Positions 8,586-15,900 are shown, counted from the stretch's first letter. The stretch is 24,000 nt of DNA from Oscillospiraceae bacterium (GCA_910575505.1 CAJTFK010000014.1:79540-103539), one strand, 5' to 3'. Notes: a model not told the origin generated them from the letters alone. Made by a program: numbers and translations.

Positions 8586-9242
8586 ATGGATGTGAAACGA
8601 TGGACGCTTGCCCTGATGGTAATTCTGCTGTTTATCCTGACCGGATGCGAAGCAAAACCAAGCACCGCCCCGGACGTTGATGTCAGGTATTCCTCCGCCA
8701 CATCAACAGAGGATTGTTATTTGTGTGGTGGTGGCATTGAAAACCTGGTTCCGTCGTATTGGGGACAGAACAATATTGCGCTCATCAGCCTAAATACTTT
8801 TGAAATAATACCTCTTGAAATTAACCGCTATGATAGGCTGGATGGACGGCTGATTGAGGAATATGCCGGTACGGTATCTTTCGGGGGCGGCGGCAGCGTT
8901 GACAATGGATTTTCCGCCAGATTATTGTTAGACTATGATAGAGGTTACGCCATGGGTTCTCTGTATTTTTATGATGACAGGAAGTTGGATACAGCCCGGG
9001 TCTCGTCTTTCCTATGTGAGAAGTGTCTGAATGAGATATTACCACAGAATATTGAAACATGCTTTGGCGTTGGAGCTGTTAATCTTGCCACGAGAAAAAT
9101 TCAGATATTTGAGGAAAATATTAGTGGATTTTCCCTTGATGACTTTTTTGTTGGCTGCAATTTAAAAGAAGCGGACAGAGATTCGTGCTGGATGGATCTT
9201 CTAATCTTCTTCTGCCCGGTGCGATATGAAAAAGAACCTTAA
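8586..9242 (+). CDS. Putative lipoprotein
   Basis: The N-terminus (MD)VKRWTLALMVILLFILTGCEAKPS has a signal peptide with the lipobox LTGC. The GTG at 8592, 6 nt after GGAGG (8581-8585), is a plausible alternative start. Confidence 0.65.
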   Translation: MDVKRWTLALMVILLFILTGCEAKPSTAPDVDVRYSSATSTEDCYLCGGGIENLVPSYWGQNNIALISLNTFEIIPLEINRYDRLDGRLIEEYAGTVSFGGGGSVDNGFSARLLLDYDRGYAMGSLYFYDDRKLDTARVSSFLCEKCLNEILPQNIETCFGVGAVNLATRKIQIFEENISGFSLDDFFVGCNLKEADRDSCWMDLLIFFCPVRYEKEP

Positions 9243-9294
9243 TAAGGATTCTTTTTCATGGATTTTGAGGAACACAAGCAATGGAGGATGACTT

Positions 9295-9552
9295 ATGATA
9301 TCGGAAGAAAGGCTGAAGGAGGCGGCAAGGAGGTGTGAGGAGCACATGCTGAACTGTTTGCCTGATCCAAGCGAGTGCAAGGCTACATTTTCCCCCCGAT
9401 TTGAGCAGAAGATGAAAAGGCTCTTTTTCAAAATAAACCAGCCCTTGCTTTTTTGGATATCGGGAATTATTGCGTCCCGCTTCCTGTTACTTTTACTTGC
9501 TGTTTGCGGTGTGCTTGTTTTCAATGCAACTGTACGTGCGTCAGTTTTCTGA
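9295..9552 (+). CDS. Small membrane-anchored protein (cytoplasmic N-terminus, single C-terminal TM)
   Basis: 85 aa with GGAGGA upstream. LLFWISGIIASRFLLLLLAVCGVLVF is a TM segment. The N-terminal ...FSPRFEQKMKRLF resembles N-termini of Clostridial anti-sigma-like proteins (weak). Confidence 0.5.
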   Translation: MISEERLKEAARRCEEHMLNCLPDPSECKATFSPRFEQKMKRLFFKINQPLLFWISGIIASRFLLLLLAVCGVLVFNATVRASVF

Positions 9553-9581
9553 TAGATACGAAAACCCATACCTCGAAAGAT

Positions 9582-9625
9582 AAAGAGACGGCTTTGTGTA
9601 TGAGCAAGGCCGTCTCTTTGAATTA
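9582..9625 (+). terminator. Hairpin terminator after 9295-9552
   Basis: AAAGAGACGGC (9582-9592) pairs with GCCGTCTCTTT (9609-9619). It is followed by a T-poor tail (gaatt). Confidence 0.5.
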
Positions 9626-9706
9626 AAATAATGTGCCAGCTCAAATGTAAAACGCATGGTTGTGGCGGGGATAGAAAGTCCACGTTTTGAGATGAGTAGC
9701 CAGTGT

Positions 9707-9735
9707 CTGCGCAAGTCACGAGACTATGATAAAAT
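9707..9735 (+). promoter_or_regulatory. Candidate extended -10 promoter for the nuclease-RT operon
   Basis: TGaTAAAAT at 9727-9735 fits TGnTAnAAT. The -35 region is poor, so this call is speculative. Confidence 0.25.
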
Positions 9736-9853
9736 AGAAACACTTAGAGACAAGGTCGGAGAAAGAAATATCTTTACAGGCTCCATCATCCGGCAGAAAA
9801 CAGAGCCATCATCCTGAAACGATGGAGAGGCTTGACTAGAGGAGGTCTGTTCA

Positions 9854-12700
9854 ATGAAGATCATAAGCTGGAACGTAAATGGAATTATAGCCTGCCGTAG
9901 GAAAGGTTTTTTACGTTTTTTGGCAGATACAAAACCGGATGTTATGTGCTGCCAGGAAGTCAAGACCAAGTGCGCTCTGAACACTCCCGGATATCAGCAG
10001 TTTTGGAATCCCGCCCTGCGGTCAGGGTATTCCGGCACATTGATTCTGGCAAAGCAGGAACCGTTATCGTGGTCCACGGGATTTGGAAACAGCAAATTTG
10101 ATGAGGAGGGCCGCCTGATTACGCTGGAATATGCGGATTACTATATTATCAACGTATACGTTCCCAGCGTTCACCCCCACAACTCCCCAGACAGGCCGGA
10201 TTTTCGCCTGGAGTGGGACGAGGCCCTGCGGGAATATATCGCCAATCTGCCGAAACCCGTTGTTTTGTGCGGCGATTTTAACGTAACCCACGCTTACATT
10301 GACAGCTATCCCGAGAACGGAAAAAATGAGCCGGACAACCCGCTTTTCCGCTCAGAGGTACGGGATGGGTTTGACAAACTTCTCGCTGCTGGAGTCGTTG
10401 ACGCCTTTCGGGTATTGAATCCGAACAAAGAAGGAGCCTATACATGGTGGGGACCGAAAAATAAGAACCGCGCCGAAAATCGCGGTTCGCGGCTGGACTA
10501 TTTTCTCGTTTCCGGGGAGTTGTTGTCTTTCGTGCAAAGTATCCGATTTCACAAGGACATCCTCGCCTCCGACCACTGTCCCATTTCCATGCTTTTTTAT
10601 CCGATAAGGCCAAAGCGGGAACTAGACGACGAGGATATGACCGCTATTTGGAGCTCCATTGATTGGGACCGCCTGACGGGCATTCTATTGCTGCTGCAGC
10701 AGGATCTGGCTTACGCCGCCTATAACCGGGAGTGGGACAAGGTAGACCTGCTGCAACGCCAACTGGTAGGCTCCTGGGCGGCGCGTGCACTGGCCGTGAG
10801 AGAGGTTCTGAATGGCAGCGGTTCGCCGGGAGTGGATGGCGTTCGCTGGACTACTGACGCTCAGAAAGCGAAAGCCGCACAGTCTTTGACCGCAAGGGGC
10901 TACCGGCCCCTTCCATACCTTTACAGGGAGCTGGAGGAGCGCGGGAAAGTGCGGATCAACCTGATTCCAACCATGAAGGACCGGGCCATGCAAATCTTAT
11001 ACTCCTTCGCGCTGGACCCCGTTGCGGAATCAACAGCGGACAAGAAATCTTTTTTTGCCCGAAAAGGGCGTTCTCCCCTCGATCCCAATGCCCATCTGCT
11101 CCATGATCTTACTATGGAAAACGCGCCGACCTGGGTAGTCATCGCTGATGTGCAGACATTTTACGCTACCGTGGCGCATGACTGGCTCATTGAAAATATC
11201 CCGATGGATAAAACTGTGCTGCGGAAGTTTCTAAAGGCGGGGATGGTAAGGAACGGAGAGCTGTTTCCAACAGATAAGGGGATGTCCATGGCCTCCGCCT
11301 TGTCTCCTAAATTAGGGAACATGATGCTGGATGGACTGCAATCCTACATTTATGACCGACTCTATCCCTCTGGCGGCGTGGACTACCCAAACGGGAATTT
11401 AAACCGGCTTTTGGACGATATGGTGATAACTGCTCGGGACCGCACACAGGCCGAGCTGATCATGCAGATCGTAGAAGAATTTCTTGCTTGCCGAGGACTG
11501 CGGCTTCATCCTGAAAAGTCTTATATCACCAACGTTTATGAGGGTTTCGATTACATTGGCAGACACTATCAGTTTAAATACGGGCGTCTTTCCGTAAAGC
11601 CCGCTGAAAGTTCCATCATACAGTTTGAAGCAGAGCTGAAAAACCTTATCATGAACTTTTCAGGGACGCAGAGGGATTTGATTAAGGAAGTTAACTGGAA
11701 ACTGGCCGGGTGGGGACATTACCACCGTACAGAGGACGCTTATATGGATTTCAGGCATATTGATTCGATTGTTGAAGGGTTATTGGTCAAAAAGATGTGC
11801 ATGAAGTATCCGCGCTGGCACCGGAAAACCGTGTTAAATAAATTTTGGGTGAGAGACGGCTGGAATTATGTTTTTGTTTTACCAGCAGATCACTCGGTCA
11901 GAGTAAACCGTCTGGCTCCTCTGCCAATTATGCAGCACAAACCATGCCGGTTAAATTTTAATCCATATCTGGATCAGGATTACCAAATCTACCTTCAGCA
12001 TCGTCGGAACATTCAGAAAAGCAACGGAAAATACCGGGGAGTATGGACCCGGCAAAGCGGGCGCTGCGCGTACTGTGGAGCGAGGATGCTGGCCGATCAG
12101 GAGGTTGAGCTGGTTGAAAAGAATTTAGGGCAGGGCTGGAGCGCGAGAAATCTTCAATATGTACACCGGCAGTGCGGATATCAGGTGCAGTTCGGCGGCA
12201 ACGAAGTGAACGGGGAACATATTGACCTCTTCTCAATTCTGGAAGGGTTTGAAAATCATACTCCGGATGATGACTCTCCGTACATAGAATTGACCGAGTA
12301 TTTTCGTAAACACAAGCAGCCGGTCATTTGCCTGAAGTTCCAGGAGATCGAACGCATTTTGGGAGAGCACCTGCCCTGGGAGGCGTACTGTTTTGAGGCG
12401 TTCTGGTATGACGACACACAGGAGCTGAACTCTCCCATGTGGCGGTCTGAGGGGTTTCCATTTCATAAGTTCCTGTTTTCAGAGCAGAGCTTTAATATCA
12501 CTCATTCCTGGTTAAGCCAAGGCTACAAAATAAAAGCCCTGCATCTGGAAACAAGCCAAGTCACGTTCCGCAGGGAGGATAAAAACGCTTCCGGGGTGGT
12601 ATTGCCCAAAGCGTTGACCAATCAGCGTCTACCGGAGGAAGTAGTATATAAATTCAACAAAATGGTGCAGCAGTTTGCAAAAGACTATGGGCTGATATAG
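9854..12700 (+). CDS. Fusion protein: N-terminal ExoIII/APE-type (EEP) nuclease + group-II-intron-like reverse transcriptase (RT0-RT7 + thumb/X) + degenerate Cys/HNH remnant + uncharacterised C-terminal domain
   Basis: Uninterrupted 948-aa ORF with GGAGG at 9841-9845, 8 nt before the ATG.
EEP motifs: SWNVNG, CCQEVK (E35), GDFNV (D141/N143), RLDYF, ASDHCP (D240/H241).
RT motifs in order: SPGVDGV, YRPLPY...INLIPTMKDRAMQ, VVIADVQTFYATVAHDWL (D432), GMSMASALSPKLGNMMLD, LLDDMVI (D521/D522), LRLHPEKSYI...GFDYIGRHY.
Thumb-like: WKLAGWGHYH.
Cys motif: CAYC...HRQC (aa 738-774). Confidence 0.85.
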   Translation: MKIISWNVNGIIACRRKGFLRFLADTKPDVMCCQEVKTKCALNTPGYQQFWNPALRSGYSGTLILAKQEPLSWSTGFGNSKFDEEGRLITLEYADYYIINVYVPSVHPHNSPDRPDFRLEWDEALREYIANLPKPVVLCGDFNVTHAYIDSYPENGKNEPDNPLFRSEVRDGFDKLLAAGVVDAFRVLNPNKEGAYTWWGPKNKNRAENRGSRLDYFLVSGELLSFVQSIRFHKDILASDHCPISMLFYPIRPKRELDDEDMTAIWSSIDWDRLTGILLLLQQDLAYAAYNREWDKVDLLQRQLVGSWAARALAVREVLNGSGSPGVDGVRWTTDAQKAKAAQSLTARGYRPLPYLYRELEERGKVRINLIPTMKDRAMQILYSFALDPVAESTADKKSFFARKGRSPLDPNAHLLHDLTMENAPTWVVIADVQTFYATVAHDWLIENIPMDKTVLRKFLKAGMVRNGELFPTDKGMSMASALSPKLGNMMLDGLQSYIYDRLYPSGGVDYPNGNLNRLLDDMVITARDRTQAELIMQIVEEFLACRGLRLHPEKSYITNVYEGFDYIGRHYQFKYGRLSVKPAESSIIQFEAELKNLIMNFSGTQRDLIKEVNWKLAGWGHYHRTEDAYMDFRHIDSIVEGLLVKKMCMKYPRWHRKTVLNKFWVRDGWNYVFVLPADHSVRVNRLAPLPIMQHKPCRLNFNPYLDQDYQIYLQHRRNIQKSNGKYRGVWTRQSGRCAYCGARMLADQEVELVEKNLGQGWSARNLQYVHRQCGYQVQFGGNEVNGEHIDLFSILEGFENHTPDDDSPYIELTEYFRKHKQPVICLKFQEIERILGEHLPWEAYCFEAFWYDDTQELNSPMWRSEGFPFHKFLFSEQSFNITHSWLSQGYKIKALHLETSQVTFRREDKNASGVVLPKALTNQRLPEEVVYKFNKMVQQFAKDYGLI

Positions 12701-12703
12701 GAG

Positions 12704-13408
12704 GTGTTTCCTTTGCGGAAAAAGTTGCTGGTGATTGAGGATAATAAGCGAGTCCTTGAAATTCTGGCTTTCGCATTAGGCCGAGAGGGATATCAAATCA
12801 TCCGGGCTGACAGTGGGTCATATGGACTGCATCTGGCAAAAGAATATTTGCCAGATTTAATCATCATAGATTTAGAACGAAAAGAGCCAGGTAATTTTGA
12901 AATTTGCCGGGAATTGCGTGAGGCCGGAATCCACAAACCGATTTTGCTGTTTCTTTCCTCCGAAAAAGAAGCGGACATGCTGTCCGCGTTGGATTTGAAC
13001 ATTGGGTATATTCAAACGCCCTTTCACATGAAGGAGCTATTGATGCTGATTAACGTCAATATTTGGGACGTGAGTAGTGAAATGAACAGCGGAAATCCGG
13101 CACAATTCCTGGCCTTTGGGAGGATTGAGGTTGATACTGAACAGGTATTGGTTTTAAAGGACGGGCTGCCGATTGAGCTGACGCAAAGGGAATACGATTT
13201 GCTTTGCCGCTTGGCAAGCGAGCCAGGCAAAGTGTTCTCACGGGAGGAACTGCTTGAACTGGTATGGGGCTACACTTACATGGGTGATTCAAGGCCCGTA
13301 GATACAACGATCAGCCGTTTGCGGGAGAAAATCGAAGATGTCCCATCCCGGCCCAAAATCATTGTTGCCCGGCGGGGACGGGGATATGTATTTACGGGGA
13401 AAACTTAA
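12704..13408 (+). CDS. OmpR/PhoB-type response-regulator-like protein (atypical receiver + winged HTH); orphan, with no kinase in the window
   Basis: The receiver has LLVIEDN and DLIIIDL (Asp present), but the usual K-P-F reads T-P-F (YIQTPF). The C-terminal wHTH reads LTQREYDLLCRLASEPGKVFSREELLELVWG...VDTTISRLREKI...RGRGYVF. The AGGAGG at 12699-12704 overlaps the RT stop (TAG 12698-12700). The in-frame TTG at 12713, 8 nt after it, is a more likely start than GTG 12704. Confidence 0.8.
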   Translation: MFPLRKKLLVIEDNKRVLEILAFALGREGYQIIRADSGSYGLHLAKEYLPDLIIIDLERKEPGNFEICRELREAGIHKPILLFLSSEKEADMLSALDLNIGYIQTPFHMKELLMLINVNIWDVSSEMNSGNPAQFLAFGRIEVDTEQVLVLKDGLPIELTQREYDLLCRLASEPGKVFSREELLELVWGYTYMGDSRPVDTTISRLREKIEDVPSRPKIIVARRGRGYVFTGKT

Positions 13409-13652
13409 AAGTGCTCTTGTCCATTTCGCCAGTATTTTGATACGCTTATATGGACAGGTCCTGAAAGAGCAGGATCTACGGCCCTCTGAAAGGTAATAGG
13501 GAATCGTTAATTAAAAAAGCGACTTCTCAAAAAGTTTTACAGAATAGATGTTATTCTAAAAATCCGTTATCATTTTGATGCCAAATTCTGCAACATTTTA
13601 CAAAACGGGACTTTGGCAACAGTTCGATATTGCTGTCCCTCATATTTGTCTC

Positions 13653-13681
13653 TTGAAACTAGAACGTTTGTTTGGTATAAT
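13653..13681 (+). promoter_or_regulatory. Consensus sigma-70 promoter with extended -10
   Basis: TTGAAA (13653-13658), 17-nt spacer, TATAAT (13676-13681), preceded by TGg (13673-13675). Confidence 0.6.
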
Positions 13682-13833
13682 ATGGATATGAATTCTTCAG
13701 AGAAGGCATTCTCAGGGCCGTGCGGAAAGACGTGTGTTTTGCTGAGGACTCCAGGAATCAGTCTATGAACAGACCGTTCAAGGTGCTCGGTCCTGCCGTT
13801 GATTTGTTCAATTTTATGGAGGAGGCGAACGAT

Positions 13834-14142
13834 ATGATCCGAGATGATTACCACCGACATCCGCTGGTCTTTGCGCATGGTGTTCTGGGATTCGAGGGAT
13901 ATCCACAAGAAGGACTGTTCGCCGTTCCCGCAAATGGAGACAACAATTTCCTCCTTTATGGTATTGTTGAGCACTCTCTGCTGATCGTGGATCAAAAGCA
14001 GCCATTTGAGATGGAAAAGCTGAATATGTTCCAAACAGACACCATCATTCAAGGCAAAAAGCAGTTAAAGTTATCACTGACCCGCCTTAAAGGATTTCCG
14101 TACGTTGGACGGGTTATCATGGCAATCAGCAGATACGATTGA
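13834..14142 (+). CDS. Small hypothetical protein (102 aa) upstream of the ImmA-like gene
   Basis: GGAGGAGG (13818-13825) lies 8 nt before ATG 13834. It is co-directional with and abuts the ImmA-like gene, downstream of the consensus promoter. This is preferred over the overlapping minus-strand ORF 13570-14052. Confidence 0.45.
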   Translation: MIRDDYHRHPLVFAHGVLGFEGYPQEGLFAVPANGDNNFLLYGIVEHSLLIVDQKQPFEMEKLNMFQTDTIIQGKKQLKLSLTRLKGFPYVGRVIMAISRYD

Positions 14143-14156
14143 GGAGGGGGAGCAAG

Positions 14157-14909
14157 GTGCCATACCTAACCGTACAAGAAATAGAAGCCATCGCCCGGAG
14201 GGTTGTGACTGCATACAAGAAGCTGCCCTCTCTTTGTGGACAGCACGCGAATATCATTCAGCCGGATCTTTTGGTATGCGGGCTGCTTCGGCTGTCTGTT
14301 GAATACCATACACTCTCGATCAGTGGAACAATCCTTGGCCTCACAGCTTGCGGTGAAGTCGGCGTTCCCATTTACGACAGCCCCAATAAGCCTGAGTATT
14401 ATTTTTTGGACGGGAACACGGTCCTGATTGAAAAGAGCTTAACGGAGGAGACCGCCAATGTAGGTCGCCGTCATTTTACATTAATCCATGAGGCATGCCA
14501 CCAAATTTTCAGGATGCTGTTCCCTAAAGAATACATGGGCGCCATCGCACGGCGGCAGATCCATTATTGCCGCGAAACAAATTCCTCAAGAGTCGGGGAT
14601 TGGGAAGAATGGCGAACCAATAGACTGGCCTCAGCGGTATTGATGCCGGAAGATATGGTTCGGGAGAATATGGATGCTTTTGGGCTTGACGTACCGATGC
14701 GGATGGTGAACAGGGTGTTCGCCAGTATAGACTATACCCGCTTTTCGGACATGGCCGCTTATATGGGAGTTTCAAAGAAAGCCCTTTCCATACGGATGAA
14801 GCAGCTTGGGCTTCTGAAAGCCGATTATTTAGATGATCCATACGCTTTGGTTAATATCTATCCCCAGGAAGACGAGGTATACGAGGAGGACTGGTATGGC
14901 AAAGATTAA
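14157..14909 (+). CDS. ImmA/IrrE-family (M78-like) zinc metallopeptidase
   Basis: HEACH (HExxH) sits in the context RRHFTLIHEACHQIF, with a downstream ...ASAVLMPEDMV typical of ImmA/IrrE. The ORF is listed from TTG 14139, but GGAGG (14143-14147) followed by GTG 14157 is the better start. Confidence 0.75.
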   Translation: MPYLTVQEIEAIARRVVTAYKKLPSLCGQHANIIQPDLLVCGLLRLSVEYHTLSISGTILGLTACGEVGVPIYDSPNKPEYYFLDGNTVLIEKSLTEETANVGRRHFTLIHEACHQIFRMLFPKEYMGAIARRQIHYCRETNSSRVGDWEEWRTNRLASAVLMPEDMVRENMDAFGLDVPMRMVNRVFASIDYTRFSDMAAYMGVSKKALSIRMKQLGLLKADYLDDPYALVNIYPQEDEVYEEDWYGKD

Positions 14910-15129
14910 TGTGAAAGAAAGCAATCCCGAGCGCTATGCGCGGGCAACGGCGGAACAGGAGGCGTTGAAAAAGGCTTATTCCAGCACAATAAAGCTGGCC
15001 CGGATATGCCCATTCTGCGATCATAGGATTGAGAATCTATGCCGCGGAACACATGGTGGGAGCTATACAAAATGCTCCAATTGCGGGGAATCCGTCTTTT
15101 TCCCGCCGGTCTCATTCCGCAGGGCGTAG
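14896..15129 (+). CDS. Small zinc-ribbon protein (77 aa)
   Basis: CPFC...(20 aa)...CSNC is a four-Cys ribbon. GAGGAGGA precedes ATG 14896. It overlaps the 3' end of the ImmA-like gene, suggesting coupling. Confidence 0.55.
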   Translation: MAKINVKESNPERYARATAEQEALKKAYSSTIKLARICPFCDHRIENLCRGTHGGSYTKCSNCGESVFFPPVSFRRA

Positions 15130-15183
15130 CAAATCGTGCCGCCGGACAACTACATAAAGAACAAACAAGGTTTGTGCCCCGGA

Positions 15184-15289
15184 GCCGCTTGACGCGTTGA
15201 CTTCCCATGTGCCGCTTGGTAATTGACCCCTGTCCCGTATAGGACAGGGTAATACCAGCATGGCATAGCGTGGTCAATGAATCAAGCGG
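15184..15289. repeat. Three copies (two direct, one inverted) of a CCGCTTG-N(4-5)-TTGAC-like motif flanking a short hairpin
   Basis: The copies are gccgcttgacgcgttgac (15184-15201), gccgcttggtaattgac (15211-15227) and the inverted gtcaatgaatcaagcgg (15273-15289). The hairpin CCTGTCC-cgtata-GGACAGG (~15229-15248) lies between copies 2 and 3. Confidence 0.5.
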
Positions 15290-15295
15290 ATTTTT

Positions 15296-15336
15296 TGCGC
15301 ATTTGACTCCAGAAAGGAGTCAAATGCGCATTTTTC
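15296..15336 (+). terminator. Strong rho-independent terminator (A-run upstream, so possibly bidirectional)
   Basis: TGCGCATTTGACTCC (15296-15310) pairs with GGAGTCAAATGCGCA (15316-15330) in a perfect 15-bp stem with loop AGAAA. It is followed by TTTTT and preceded by TTTTT(T). Confidence 0.8.
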
Positions 15337-15414
15337 ATTGGCAGCCCTACATAGCGAAATACCCGTAATCCGCAATCTCAGCCCCCCAAATTCTGAGATT
15401 GGAGATTACAACAA

Positions 15415-15900
15415 ATGAAAAACTGGAAGGAAAATCGAAATTACAGGCGGATCAAAGACGAGAGCGGCGCTGTAATCGCAAATATTATCACCGTCGACGG
15501 CATTGATGTTGAAGTTACCAGCGAGGTATTTCTGGCTTACTCTCAATCGGATCGCCGGGAGCGCTACATAGCGGAGGAGCTGGAACCCGGCAAGCTTTTG
15601 TCATTGGACAAGCTGCGGGAGGACGAAGTTCCTCTGGGTGAGTTAGGCGTCGAGCAGGAGCCGAGCGCGGAAAGCGTTCTGCTGCTTTGGGCAGACAATC
15701 AGGAAAAGGCTGTGCAGAAAGCGCGTCTTACCGCCATGCTCTCAGAGCTGAATGAAGAAGAAAAGGGCCTTATTCAAGCACTATTTTTTGAAGGCGTCTC
15801 CGCTCGGGAATACGCCAGGCGGCTCGGCGTATACCATAGGACCGTCATTTATCGGAGAGATAAATTGCTGGAAAAACTTCGCCGGAAAATTTTTTCATAA
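15415..15900 (+). CDS. Sigma-70 region-4-like HTH protein of the type common in Firmicutes conjugative/integrative elements
   Basis: 161 aa. The C-terminal LSELNEEEKGLIQALFFEGVSAREYARRLGVYHRTVIYRRDKLLEKLRRKI is an r4-type HTH. Confidence 0.65.
   Translation: MKNWKENRNYRRIKDESGAVIANIITVDGIDVEVTSEVFLAYSQSDRRERYIAEELEPGKLLSLDKLREDEVPLGELGVEQEPSAESVLLLWADNQEKAVQKARLTAMLSELNEEEKGLIQALFFEGVSAREYARRLGVYHRTVIYRRDKLLEKLRRKIFS

Noticed and set aside
9553-9853. Retron msr/msd upstream of the RT
   Set aside because: The RT core (RT0 motif, maturase-like thumb, HNH remnant) looks group-II-like rather than retron-like. I saw no long terminal inverted repeats (a1/a2) in the leader. This is not formally excluded without folding or covariation analysis.
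12704-13408. Conventional two-component system
   Set aside because: No histidine kinase (H-box or HATPase motifs) is present anywhere in the window, and the receiver lacks the conserved Lys.
9553-13650. Nuclease-RT gene as the intron-encoded protein of a group II intron
   Set aside because: The next gene starts 4-13 nt after the RT stop, so there is no room for domains IVb/V/VI. I found no GUGYG-type 5' end with domain I upstream, and no domain V-like 34-nt hairpin downstream of 12700 or 13408.
13570-14052. 160-aa minus-strand ORF
   Set aside because: It overlaps a + strand ORF that has a strong GGAGGAGG RBS, sits downstream of a consensus + strand promoter and abuts the ImmA-like gene. The minus ORF has no RBS or promoter that I could see and would end in AT-rich non-coding DNA.
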